A stretch of 52,642 nucleotides of DNA, from IMG/VR virus record IMGVR_UViG_3300021197_001671, positions 1 to 52,642 of that record, one strand, 5' to 3'. A program made the position numbers and the translations under genes. Numbering within the stretch: position 1 is the first letter of the stretch; every line of letters begins with the position of its first letter. The stretch comes from a virus (lineage: Duplodnaviria > Caudoviricetes). Below, in pieces: positions 9,058-18,391 of this stretch. The notes under the pieces were generated by a model that saw only the letters and a list, made by a program, of their open reading frames with translations, was not told where the DNA came from and made no database searches.

Positions 9058-9352
9058 TATAATAATGGTTGTAATTTTCCTTTTCATAGTGGGACTAGTT
9101 GCGTTCGCAACGTTCACAGGTCGCAGTCGTACTGACACACCGATGGGTGATTTCGGTTTACCTGAGATATCATCAGGTGTACCGATGCCTGAGTGCAAAC
9201 CTGCCAAGAGTGACAGGATTGAGGAATTAATCAACACGCTTGAGGATGAGCTGGTCAAGTACCACAACCTCAAGAATGAACGCTTGTATCAAGAGGTCGT
9301 TAATCAGCGTACAGCGAAAGGTGACGATGCAACAGAGCAAGGGTGGAATTGA
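9050..9352 (+). CDS. Membrane-anchored hypothetical protein
   Basis: N-terminal hydrophobic helix IIMVVIFLFIVGLVAFATF then coiled coil. Confidence 0.7.
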   Translation: MIDIIMVVIFLFIVGLVAFATFTGRSRTDTPMGDFGLPEISSGVPMPECKPAKSDRIEELINTLEDELVKYHNLKNERLYQEVVNQRTAKGDDATEQGWN

Positions 9353-9353
9353 T

Positions 9354-9635
9354 ATGAAAACCATGATTGAGTTTGCGGAAGAAATGGCATCGACATTGCG
9401 TGTTGTACTACAGGCAGATGTAGAAGTCATTCACAACGATGATAAGATAGAAGTCAGGAGTAGTGTGAATGTGTCAGGTGTCAATTATAAGCAGAGGTTT
9501 GATGTGACAGGAGGCATGTTACAGGACGAGTGTCATGACTTTCGTGAGTTTATAATACGTTCAGAAGTGTCTAGGTTAGCAATATCGATGGCTTACTCAC
9601 ACTTGAGTCGTGACAAGGGTGATGATAATGAGTAG
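9354..9635 (+). CDS. Hypothetical protein
   Basis: ATG 9354 directly after the previous stop. Confidence 0.7.
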   Translation: MKTMIEFAEEMASTLRVVLQADVEVIHNDDKIEVRSSVNVSGVNYKQRFDVTGGMLQDECHDFREFIIRSEVSRLAISMAYSHLSRDKGDDNE

Positions 9636-9798
9636 GTATTACAGTACTCGCAGGAAACGTCGCGAGACACTTAACATCAAGTGTTGGGGCGGCAAGCACC
9701 TCAGTCATGTGGGTGGTACAACGACGTCACGTCAGAAGCGTAACCGAGTCCTAGTCAAGTCACCTTGGGGTTACTGGCTTGAGGAATCCGTCAAGTGA
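9628..9798 (+). CDS. Small basic protein
   Basis: 56 aa Arg/Lys-rich ORF overlapping the previous stop. Confidence 0.55.
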   Translation: MSRYYSTRRKRRETLNIKCWGGKHLSHVGGTTTSRQKRNRVLVKSPWGYWLEESVK

Positions 9799-9840
9799 GC
9801 CTTGCAGGTGCCAATCATGGTACACAAAAACTAATAAATA

Positions 9841-9864
9841 GACTCCGAAAGGGGTCTTTTTTTT
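9841..9864 (+). terminator. Rho-independent terminator
   Basis: GACTCC-GAAA-GGGGTC followed by T8. Confidence 0.85.
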
Positions 9865-9873
9865 GGTCACGTG

Positions 9874-9902
9874 TTGACACTGTTGCAACAGTGGGTTATG
9901 GT
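9874..9902 (+). promoter_or_regulatory. Sigma70 promoter with a perfect operator palindrome in the spacer
   Basis: TTGACA-17 nt-TATGGT; ACTGTTGCAACAGT 9879-9892. Confidence 0.75.
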
Positions 9903-9933
9903 CTAGGTTCACTATAACGAAAGGAGAGAGAAA

Positions 9934-10524
9934 ATGATTGATACTAGTCAGATTCACAAAATGATGAGTGATGTATGTGACTTCCGCGAGATGATGGGTT
10001 TACCGTTGTGTCGAGGACATATAACAATGTCCGACCGAGAGTTACATGACTCACTTGCAATTGAGGAGTTGACAGAGTTGTGTGATGCTGATTCTGACAT
10101 TGAGCGTCTTGATGCAATCATCGACACATGCTATGTGCTTTGTGGTCGCATTGCTCATATATTCGGTAGAGAATATCGCGGTCAAATTGACATGAAGTAC
10201 GGTACTCAGGCAATCATCATCTCATACATGCACAGTGTTGCTATGGCGAAAGGATATGACTTCACGGGCGCGTGGGATGAGATTCATTCATCCAACATGA
10301 GCAAGACATGTGAGAATCCATACCATGTACATGCGACATACGAGCACTACGCATCGAAAGGTATTAAGTGTGACCATCGTCGTGCAGTTAATTCTAGGAT
10401 TGTGGTGTTCGTAAGGAGTGATGTGACACTGGACGACGGTACTGAAATTAAGGCTGGTAAGGTGCTTAAGTCTGTCGCTTACAAACCAGCTAACTTAACA
10501 CGGTTCATTGGGTGCTCGGCATGA
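9934..10524 (+). CDS. All-alpha NTP pyrophosphohydrolase (MazG/PRA-PH-like)
   Basis: EELTEL...ERLDAIIDTCYV and AWDEIHSSNMSK...GKVLKS motifs. Confidence 0.8.
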   Translation: MIDTSQIHKMMSDVCDFREMMGLPLCRGHITMSDRELHDSLAIEELTELCDADSDIERLDAIIDTCYVLCGRIAHIFGREYRGQIDMKYGTQAIIISYMHSVAMAKGYDFTGAWDEIHSSNMSKTCENPYHVHATYEHYASKGIKCDHRRAVNSRIVVFVRSDVTLDDGTEIKAGKVLKSVAYKPANLTRFIGCSA

Positions 10525-10763
10525 TTAAACTGGTTAGGTGGGACAGGGTTATACAGCTCGTTGTTAAAATACACCTGTCGTTCACTGTGGTGATGTCAGT
10601 AATGTTGTCACTTGGTGCGTTCATTACAATGGATGTCAACGTGTTTGACGTGACAACATGGCGGGACACGTCAAGGTTAATCCTTGTTGTATTTTACATT
10701 GCATGGTGGGTGATAGGTGCACTTCTATTTGTACCAGATGAGAAAAAAGGAGAGATGAAATGA
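10521..10763 (+). CDS. Two-helix membrane protein
   Basis: Two hydrophobic segments; 4-nt overlaps on both sides. Confidence 0.7.
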   Translation: MIKLVRWDRVIQLVVKIHLSFTVVMSVMLSLGAFITMDVNVFDVTTWRDTSRLILVVFYIAWWVIGALLFVPDEKKGEMK

Positions 10764-11656
10764 AAGAGAAATTTAAGAACTGGAACCCAACGCGTGAGGG
10801 GTGGACAAGGCTTAGTCAGGCACAGGACATCATTGATGAGTACCGTAGTGACGGGTACACCCTGACACTACGCCAGTTGTACTACCAGTTTGTTGCGGCT
10901 GACCTTATTGAGAACTCAGAACGCTCCTACAAGAATCTAGGTAACCTCATCACGCGTGCTCGTGAGTCAGGTCGCATTGATTGGTCTGCAATCGAAGACC
11001 GTAACAGAGGTCTAGAATGCTTTCATACTGAGGAGAACGCTGGTCGCCTACTGTCACGTGTACCCGACCTACTGACTCATGACCAATGGGGATGGCAAGA
11101 GAGTTATGTTGAGGTGTGGGTTGAGAAAGAGGCGCTAGGTGGTGTCATAGAGCGTGCCTGTACGCCCTTCATGGTTCCTCACCTATCATGCAAAGGCTAT
11201 CTGTCGGCTAGTGAGGCGTATCGTGCTGGTAAGCGATTCGAACGCGCTAGGTACGAAGGTAAGACTTGTCACATCATCCACCTTGGTGACCATGACCCTA
11301 GTGGAATTGACATGACACGTGATAACAGTGAGCGTGTGAACCTGTTCAGCAATGCAATGGACTATGATGATGTCATGGTCACACGTTTGGCGTTGAACAT
11401 GAACCAGATAGAGGAGTTTTCACCGCCACCTAACCCGACCAAAACCACTGACTCAAGGGCTCGTGATTACATTAGTCAGTTCGGTCATACATCATGGGAG
11501 CTTGATGCATTGCGACCACAGGTATTGGTCGACATGATTCAGACCGAGATTAAAGGTCATATTGACCAGCGACAATGGGAAAAGGTTGAGGCTGAGCAGA
11601 AAAAGGCTCGTAAAAAACTTAATGACTTTGTTGCAAAGTGGGATTCTGAGGAGTAA
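10760..11656 (+). CDS. Spo11/topoisomerase VI-A-like protein (winged helix plus Toprim)
   Basis: TLRQLYY (candidate catalytic Tyr), VEVWVEKEAL, GDHDPSG (DxD), WELDAL. Confidence 0.75.
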   Translation: MKEKFKNWNPTREGWTRLSQAQDIIDEYRSDGYTLTLRQLYYQFVAADLIENSERSYKNLGNLITRARESGRIDWSAIEDRNRGLECFHTEENAGRLLSRVPDLLTHDQWGWQESYVEVWVEKEALGGVIERACTPFMVPHLSCKGYLSASEAYRAGKRFERARYEGKTCHIIHLGDHDPSGIDMTRDNSERVNLFSNAMDYDDVMVTRLALNMNQIEEFSPPPNPTKTTDSRARDYISQFGHTSWELDALRPQVLVDMIQTEIKGHIDQRQWEKVEAEQKKARKKLNDFVAKWDSEE

Positions 11657-11685
11657 CATCAAACCAACTGGTCAAGACTGACCCA

Positions 11686-11730
11686 CAAAAAAGCCCGTCA
11701 CTGCCTAACACTATTGGCATACGGGCTTTA
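11686..11730. terminator. Hairpin/terminator between convergent operons
   Basis: AAAAAAGCCCGT...ACGGGCTTT stem; the A run gives a U tract on the minus strand. Confidence 0.65.
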
Positions 11731-11794
11731 CTGTTACTATCGTACTCATCACCTCGTTAAGTTTAATCACGTCCTTGTGATACTGAATTTGTTA

Positions 11795-14188
11795 TCACTG
11801 AGATGTTATGGAGGGCATCATTTGAATCCTGATACCCAACAATCCTCGGTGACCCCCATGTCGAAACTGCATGATGTTCAAGTTACTACTACACATCAAC
11901 TGTGACATCTTGCGTTTGCTGAACGGGCTGTTAGTCCCGTTGTACTTACACCAAGCGTTGTACGCATTGAATATTTCCACGGTAGATGAGAACGCTGTTT
12001 TGTCCTCAACAATCATGTCACTGATAAAGTCAGCCAGTGGTGACATATCATCACGTATACACTCAAGCTCTAAGAGGCCGCTCTGAGCCTCTGTGAACTT
12101 CTGAGCCTTCCGTAGCCTCTCAAGTCCTTTTAAAGCCCACTGCGCCACACCTGCGCACTCTGAGAGTAACCTACCCTTTAGTCCTATGTCTGGCTTCTTG
12201 GCAAACGAACGAAGGAACGGAAAAACCAACATACGTGCCGCCAATGCACCAGACGGGTCGTTGAACTCAGGGACGTTGTTCGTACTCATAATCATTTTAC
12301 ACTTGAACACGCTGTTTTGCGTACCCTTGTACATCACGTGGTAGTCGATTGAATCACCACCAGTAATGGCCTTAAGGTTGGCTAACACAGCGTCTCGTGA
12401 TGCACCGTTCACACTATGTGCGTCAGGTATAATCGAAACGCTTGATGTGCTCATCCGATGTAACGTGGAGTCCTTGTGCAGATTACTCAATGCTGGTGAC
12501 GATATGTTACCTTCACCGACCATCTTTGTGAGTACTGTTGTGATTGTACCTTTACCCGCCCTTGGTTTCCCTACCAGTGTTGCAAACTTCTCCATTGATA
12601 CATCTGAAATCAGGCAGTACCCGAACCATTCCTGTAGTTGCAGTATCAGGTCACGGTCATGGCTCCATATTGACTCAAGAAACCCTATCCACTGGTCACA
12701 CGTGGCCGAGGGGTCATAGTCATAATCAAGCTCATTAAACGTGAAGTAGTTCGGTGTGTGGGTCATCACTTCTGGTGTGTCTTTACTCAGGTCAACTAGT
12801 CCGTTACGGAAGCACACCACACCGTGTGCAATTTCGCCCGTGTGTAACCACGTTCCATTTTCTATTGATTCAACAGCAACCATGTCACCCAAGCATTTCA
12901 GTACGCCAGCGGTCAACGAGTCAGCAGGTTTAAATCGCGCATAGAATCGCTGAATCTTCGACTTTACAATCTCGTCATCAACAATGCGCCACGACTTGCC
13001 GTTGTACTCATAGAACACCTTGCGACACCTCACGATGTGAGCACCGTCATACACAATACCGTCGAAACACTGAGCAAGCTCGTAGTGTGATGACTTGGCG
13101 TTGAGCATTGGTGTAAGTGCCTTGGCGTGATTAACCTCAAGTCTATCGCCTGAGCGTAGTGTCTCGATGTCAGTCTTAGGTTGAATCATTGGTGGTACTG
13201 GGGGTAAGTCTGGTGCACTGAATGCCGCTGATGCTGTTCGACAACCAACCTCGTTGTTAGCGTATTGATATGCACGGGCTACTGTTGCGTAGAAATCAGC
13301 CTTTTCACCTGTGCTCGCCCAACTAGGTATGCAGCGGGGGTCGTAATGCACCCAAGCTAGTTCCTGAGCAACGTTTAACGGCAACCCTAAGTCTCGACCT
13401 AGTGACGTCACCTTAATCAGTGTCATTGAACCTGAGCCTTGTACAGCGGGTTCAGCTTTATCAGTCAACCACGTGATGAATCGGTCACGTGCAATCTGTG
13501 TGTCGTTGAAACCAGCTCCGACATCAAGCGACTCCCTACCCTTCACCCACTTGTCAAGTTCCTCCTGTTGTTTGTCATCAAGTGGGAATGCTGCCTCAAT
13601 CTCAGCCAGCGTGTATCTATGGTCTTTCCCTACAACCTGTACATTGTCACCTGTAACGACATACTGTTTAGGGTCGGTAGGTACCTTGAAGTGCAAAGAC
13701 CCTGCCGCACGTAAAACACGACAAGGGTCTGTGACTTGTGTATCTGTACCCAAGTATATTGCGATTCGACGTTGAAGTGCACGGAAGTCGTCAACTCCTG
13801 CAATCTCGTCACATAGCCAATACGCGTGACCATGCGTTGAATCACGTGATGTTATGAAGTGAGGCGCTATTGGCCACACTGGTGCATCACAGTCATCATA
13901 ATCAGCAAAGACAGCACGATACTTGACGACATTCTCAATCTTACGTCCTAAACCATCGGTTTCATTCACACCGATGTATACACCGCAATGGTTGGCTTCG
14001 GCCTGTTGTAGCATTGGTAGCGCTTGGTCTAGTGTAGAGACAAAGTGTTTCGCAAGCTCAGGTCGTTGTGCTGCACCTTTGACGTCGTAGAACACCTGCC
14101 ACGTAACAGGTGATTTTGCATCACCAGTCAGTAGCTGTATATGGTATCTAGTCTGTGCGATATCGAATGTCGGGTGTGTCATGTGCAA
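11795..14188 (-). CDS. Primase (RepB/AEP-like) fused to D5/P4-type SF3 helicase
   Basis: VFADYD, HGHAYW, DPCRVLRAAGSLHFK primase motifs; FRNGLVDL, HTPNYFT, Walker A GKPRAGKGT, LKAITGGD, STNNVP, ARMLVFPF. Confidence 0.9.
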   Translation of the reverse strand: MHMTHPTFDIAQTRYHIQLLTGDAKSPVTWQVFYDVKGAAQRPELAKHFVSTLDQALPMLQQAEANHCGVYIGVNETDGLGRKIENVVKYRAVFADYDDCDAPVWPIAPHFITSRDSTHGHAYWLCDEIAGVDDFRALQRRIAIYLGTDTQVTDPCRVLRAAGSLHFKVPTDPKQYVVTGDNVQVVGKDHRYTLAEIEAAFPLDDKQQEELDKWVKGRESLDVGAGFNDTQIARDRFITWLTDKAEPAVQGSGSMTLIKVTSLGRDLGLPLNVAQELAWVHYDPRCIPSWASTGEKADFYATVARAYQYANNEVGCRTASAAFSAPDLPPVPPMIQPKTDIETLRSGDRLEVNHAKALTPMLNAKSSHYELAQCFDGIVYDGAHIVRCRKVFYEYNGKSWRIVDDEIVKSKIQRFYARFKPADSLTAGVLKCLGDMVAVESIENGTWLHTGEIAHGVVCFRNGLVDLSKDTPEVMTHTPNYFTFNELDYDYDPSATCDQWIGFLESIWSHDRDLILQLQEWFGYCLISDVSMEKFATLVGKPRAGKGTITTVLTKMVGEGNISSPALSNLHKDSTLHRMSTSSVSIIPDAHSVNGASRDAVLANLKAITGGDSIDYHVMYKGTQNSVFKCKMIMSTNNVPEFNDPSGALAARMLVFPFLRSFAKKPDIGLKGRLLSECAGVAQWALKGLERLRKAQKFTEAQSGLLELECIRDDMSPLADFISDMIVEDKTAFSSTVEIFNAYNAWCKYNGTNSPFSKRKMSQLMCSSNLNIMQFRHGGHRGLLGIRIQMMPSITSQ

Positions 14189-14190
14189 TC

Positions 14191-14469
14191 CTAGGTTTCG
14201 TTAACTTCTAAGACTTCCATGACACGCTCATCCGTGAGTACTAGTTGAACCTGAGTGAGCATCCCAGCATCAATGCGAGGTTTGTGTTGTCGTAGATATG
14301 TTTTCAAAGATGACTCTTTCAGCCCACCTGCTGCGGCTACAATCTTGATGCCGAACATGTCGACGTATTCTTGCAGTCTTGCCTGACGAGACTTGTGTAT
14401 TGTCGGGTGATTAATCTCACCGACAACCTCTCTGATTAAGTCCAATTGGAACTGTTTATTGTTGCTCAT
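14191..14469 (-). CDS. Small probable HTH DNA-binding protein
   Basis: GIKIVAAAGGLKESSLKTYLR resembles a Cro-type HTH. Confidence 0.55.
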   Translation of the reverse strand: MSNNKQFQLDLIREVVGEINHPTIHKSRQARLQEYVDMFGIKIVAAAGGLKESSLKTYLRQHKPRIDAGMLTQVQLVLTDERVMEVLEVNET

Positions 14470-14882
14470 ACTAACAACCTCTGATAGTTATAATTTATTT
14501 GCCAACGAAGGTCATCACCACTGGTGACGAATCCTGCGAACCCCCCTGCATCCCTAACAGTCTGACAGAAATTCTCCTGCGCCCATTCCCTTGTACCTTC
14601 ATTGTACTGTGTTTTAATTATGAAACCAACTGGCTTCACTTCCATAGCGGTGAATACAGCGACAGTCTTGCCTACCATGTCCTGAGTGATGACAACTGGT
14701 GTCCATCCGATGAGGTCTGACGACTTGGTTTGTGCGTTGAACTCCTTAGACCTGTTACCAAGCCCCCAACGTACCAACCGACCTTTAATCGTTTGAGCAC
14801 CACTGTTATTCCTCAGTAGTGTGCAACCCGCTGAGGACGTGGCTAATTCCACATCCTCTGTCGCTTTTGCTTCGGGCGTCAA
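14466..14882 (-). CDS. VRR-NUC/PD-(D/E)XK nuclease (resolvase-like)
   Basis: LRNNSG, SSDLIG, AMEVK, QENF..VRDAGGFAG. Confidence 0.75.
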   Translation of the reverse strand: MTPEAKATEDVELATSSAGCTLLRNNSGAQTIKGRLVRWGLGNRSKEFNAQTKSSDLIGWTPVVITQDMVGKTVAVFTAMEVKPVGFIIKTQYNEGTREWAQENFCQTVRDAGGFAGFVTSGDDLRWQINYNYQRLLV

Positions 14883-16037
14883 TTAACGCGCCAATAGTGG
14901 GTTATATACAGCCAAACCAGCCGTAACTAATGTATCGTCAGTGTGACCTACCGCAATGTGTGCAGCATAGTCAAGACCAGCGTTCATCACAACTGTCCCT
15001 GTCGCTACTACAGGAGCTGCTACAGGTGCTGCTGCTACAGGAGCTGCTACAGGAGCTGCTACAGGTGCTGCTGCTACAGGAGCTGCTACAGGAGCTGCTA
15101 CAGGAGCTGCTACAGGAGCCGCCACAGGAGCCGCTACAGGAGCCGCTACTACAGGAGCTGCTACAGGTGCTGCTGCTACAGGAGCTGCTACAGGAGCTGC
15201 TACAGGTGCTGCTACAGGTGCTGCTACAGGAGCTGCTACAGGAGCTGCTACAGGTGCTGCTACAGGTGCTGCTACAGGTGTAGGTACACCAGCGGTTGCA
15301 ACAGGAGCCGCTACAGGAGCCGCCACAGGTGCAGGTACACCAGCGGTTGCCACAGGAGCCGCTACAGCACCATTAACAACACCTTGACCAGCAACACAGT
15401 TTGAACCAGCAACAGCCATGTTAGCGAACGCTGTTGTACCTGCTTGCTTAGGTGTGCCACCTGTTGCCAATCGCTCAGCGTCAAATGCTTTCTGTACATT
15501 GAGCAGTTTCAGCGCAACAACCTTGCCGAACTTACCAGTGTATGCACTAACTTCAATCTGTGCACGCGCCCAACATCCAGCATACAACTCAGCGGCAGAG
15601 ATGTTGGCACCACCTGTGTTGTCAACAAGGTCAATCGGGTCTTTGTTTTTGGCGTTCATCATCCACATGCCAGCAGACTCAGGGTACACAGCACCACCAA
15701 CGTCAGGTATATCTGTATCAGGCTTCTTCATCCAATCTTGGTCACCATCTTTGTACTGCGGTGGGTTGGCAATACCGTATGCAGGGTTAGCACGTATGTC
15801 CTCATAGCTGATACCGAACTCAGTCATACACACTTCATGTAGTGCTGTCAGTATTACGGTGATGTCCGACTCAGGGGTCATGCTGGGTGTTGTGATGCCC
15901 GTCTTAGGGAACATCATACCCACGCTGTACTTAGGTTGTGCACCTGTTGCAATCGCCTGTGCTGACGCATACGGCTTGTCAAGGTGTGGGAACTTCATGC
16001 GGAAATAAGGTGTAATGATAATTTGTGATGTTGACAT
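14883..16037 (-). CDS. ssDNA-binding protein (DUF2815/T7 gp2.5-like fold) with long APVA linker
   Basis: RMKFPHL, PKYSV, LYAGCWARA, LLNVQKAFDAERL; located next to the Cas4-like exonuclease. Confidence 0.75.
   Translation of the reverse strand: MSTSQIIITPYFRMKFPHLDKPYASAQAIATGAQPKYSVGMMFPKTGITTPSMTPESDITVILTALHEVCMTEFGISYEDIRANPAYGIANPPQYKDGDQDWMKKPDTDIPDVGGAVYPESAGMWMMNAKNKDPIDLVDNTGGANISAAELYAGCWARAQIEVSAYTGKFGKVVALKLLNVQKAFDAERLATGGTPKQAGTTAFANMAVAGSNCVAGQGVVNGAVAAPVATAGVPAPVAAPVAAPVATAGVPTPVAAPVAAPVAAPVAAPVAAPVAAPVAAPVAAPVAAAPVAAPVVAAPVAAPVAAPVAAPVAAPVAAPVAAAPVAAPVAAPVAAAPVAAPVVATGTVVMNAGLDYAAHIAVGHTDDTLVTAGLAVYNPLLAR
15003..15370. repeat. In-frame 12/15-bp tandem repeat encoding (APVA)n
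   Basis: Many copies of GCTACAGGAGCT/GCTACAGGTGCT on the plus strand. Confidence 0.95.
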
Positions 16038-16046
16038 AATGTATCC

Positions 16047-17216
16047 TTAATTAACAGTTTTAGTTACAGGGCTAAATAAACCGAGTGCTGCACCTCTACC
16101 CTGAGATATGCGCTTGTCGTGCATGGGTGCAACGGTTAGTGATGTTGGTGGTGCTGTGAAGAAACCATCTATCAACTTAGGGTCAATCTTATTGCCCTCC
16201 GCATCCTTGATTTTCTTCAAGTCAGTCTTGCTTTTTACTTTCTGATTGAACAACATTGCATCTGTTATGTCAGGGTGACTAGCCTTGATTTTAGTAGCAA
16301 GTTCGTCAGGTTTCTCACACGAGTGTCGCGCAATCGCCTTTACCATTTTCAACCCGTGGTGATGGAAATTCTCACCCGCTCTACCTCGACGTATTACCTC
16401 CTCAGCAACAGCATCTAAATGACTCTTAATGGTTTTGCTCTCATTGTACAGGGCAATAAGTTCCTCAGTATCCAACTGTTCAAGTGACGCATCCAAACCA
16501 ACTAGGCTGAATGTCCGCTCAAGACGTTTGCGACACGTCGCACGAGCCTTGCAGTATGTGCACCATTCACCAGCGGTGCGAGGTGCATTAGGGTCACGTG
16601 CGATTGCGATTTGATTCGCAAATGTCTTCTGCCAGCGAAGCATATCATGCACAGTCTGTCTCTCACGACGGACAACACCGTCAATCGTTTCCTTACGTGG
16701 CTGTACTATGACACCCTCTACAACGTCGACCTCAGTCCAAAGACCGAACGTGTCAAGTGCCGCTACACCATAGTGTGCTAATTGCACATTCTGGTTCACA
16801 TCGACAACGTTGTACCCGTACTTAAGGTCAATGTTATAGAGTGTTCGTGCACTAGGTACGTAAATCATACAATCACCCGTACCGAACACATCCTCAGCGA
16901 CTGATGACATGGTCACACGTTTCTCAAGCATGAACACCGCATCAGGGTGCATTTTGAGTATACGTGTGACTTCACCGACATAGATTTCGAGGTATGTAAT
17001 CATGTCCTCTGTGACAGTGATGCCATTGAAAACCATGCCTACCATTTCGCCTAAGTCAACACCCATTGCCATTGAGAACTCAGATGCCATGTGTGCACCC
17101 GTACCCTCCTCAGCAGCAGGGTTTGTAGAATCTGGTAACTCAAGCTGTGCGTGGTATGCACCAGCACAACCCATGACTATAGCCATGCTTGATGCACCAA
17201 AATTACTATGTAACAT
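16047..17216 (-). CDS. Cas4-like/DUF2800 PD-(D/E)XK exonuclease
   Basis: AAEEGTGAH, FGTGDC, IDLKYG, QLAHYG, WCTYCKARATC. Confidence 0.8.
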   Translation of the reverse strand: MLHSNFGASSMAIVMGCAGAYHAQLELPDSTNPAAEEGTGAHMASEFSMAMGVDLGEMVGMVFNGITVTEDMITYLEIYVGEVTRILKMHPDAVFMLEKRVTMSSVAEDVFGTGDCMIYVPSARTLYNIDLKYGYNVVDVNQNVQLAHYGVAALDTFGLWTEVDVVEGVIVQPRKETIDGVVRRERQTVHDMLRWQKTFANQIAIARDPNAPRTAGEWCTYCKARATCRKRLERTFSLVGLDASLEQLDTEELIALYNESKTIKSHLDAVAEEVIRRGRAGENFHHHGLKMVKAIARHSCEKPDELATKIKASHPDITDAMLFNQKVKSKTDLKKIKDAEGNKIDPKLIDGFFTAPPTSLTVAPMHDKRISQGRGAALGLFSPVTKTVN

Positions 17217-17236
17217 AGGTTACCTCTACTTTCTGT

Positions 17237-18247
17237 TTAGATACCTGCTGGGCGTGGCATCACGATTGTCACAGGCTTACTGAAATGTGTCTCAATCGTG
17301 TTGCAGTAGCTATGCATCGCCTCATACAGACGCCACATTTCGTTTGCTGGTACATCGGCCATGTCGGTAGTACCGAAATTATTAGACGTGTACACACCGT
17401 CAATGTGACTCTTATCACAACCGCAACCAAGGATTGTTGTAACCAGCCCTGAGATGACACGTGACAGTTCCATCCACGATGTGAGTGATGTTTCAAACCC
17501 ACGTAGATTCGCATCAGGCAGTGTCTTCAATCCACCCTCACCATTACCCACAGGTTGCGCACCGTGTGCAACCATCAGGTCAGTGATTGCGTCACCGTTT
17601 AACGCATACTCATGGTACGCAGTGTTGCATAACTCCTGCACCTCAGCACGCTTCTCAGCGAACGGGTCGGCAGCAGGAGCAGCAGCAGGAGCAGCAGCAG
17701 GAGCAGCAGGGGTAGGGATGCCAGCACCAGCAGCAGGGATACCAGCACCAGCAGCAGGGATACCAGCGGTTGCAGTAGGTGCAGTAGGTGCAGTAGGTGC
17801 AGTAGGTGCAGTAGGTGCAGCAGGTGCAGTAGGTGTGACCGTCACACGAGCCGTCTCAATTGCGGCCTGATATGCATCATCAGTGATACCTGTTGTACGT
17901 TTCCACACGAAGTTAACCTTAAAACCTTTGTTCTTGGTGTTAATGCCATCAATCCACGGGCAACCATTCTCGTCGATTTCAGCACCTGTCACCTTGTAAC
18001 CTTCAACGTTCGCGACATCTTTCAGCATTACGACGTCCCCACTGGTTGCACCAGTAGTTGATTCTGCTTGTGGTGCACCAACAACGTTCGCTGAGGAGTC
18101 TGATGGTGCCGCACCCGTTGCAGTCACGGCAGTGTTTAAAGGGCTGTTTGCCGCACCTCCCTCACCTTCACCCTCAAGTGTAAGAGCGAATGTTGAAAGT
18201 GCAGATGCGATTGCTCGTGCCAGTGTTGCTAATGCTAATGTTTGCAT
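17237..18247 (-). CDS. Hypothetical replication-module protein with APT/AGIP repeats
   Basis: EIDENGCPW..WKR motif, low-complexity linker; typical position upstream of DUF2800. Confidence 0.75.
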   Translation of the reverse strand: MQTLALATLARAIASALSTFALTLEGEGEGGAANSPLNTAVTATGAAPSDSSANVVGAPQAESTTGATSGDVVMLKDVANVEGYKVTGAEIDENGCPWIDGINTKNKGFKVNFVWKRTTGITDDAYQAAIETARVTVTPTAPAAPTAPTAPTAPTAPTATAGIPAAGAGIPAAGAGIPTPAAPAAAPAAAPAADPFAEKRAEVQELCNTAYHEYALNGDAITDLMVAHGAQPVGNGEGGLKTLPDANLRGFETSLTSWMELSRVISGLVTTILGCGCDKSHIDGVYTSNNFGTTDMADVPANEMWRLYEAMHSYCNTIETHFSKPVTIVMPRPAGI

Positions 18248-18312
18248 TTGTAGTTCCTATTATTGATTGATTTGAAAGTCGCCCCGATGACGACGAAACG
18301 AATAGTGACATG

Positions 18313-18364
18313 TGTAATTTTAAATTACAACCCCTATTTACAAAGTATTTCAACAGTGTATTAT
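18313..18364. promoter_or_regulatory. Divergent promoter region of the replication block
   Basis: Palindrome TGTAATTT-T-AAATTACA 18313-18329; degenerate operator AGTATTTCAACAGT 18344-18357 between TTTACA and TATTAT. Confidence 0.55.
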
Positions 18365-18391
18365 TCACCTACTTATATAGGAGGTTGAAAA

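Noticed and set aside
9879-9892. Palindromes as LexA boxes
   Set aside because: Gammaproteobacterial LexA needs CTGT-N8-ACAG; these are CTGT-N4-ACAG, and the site at 39723-39737 is N7.
14930-15404. Plus-strand LLQE-repeat and CYRS-repeat ORFs
   Set aside because: Antisense shadows of the APVA repeat in the SSB gene.
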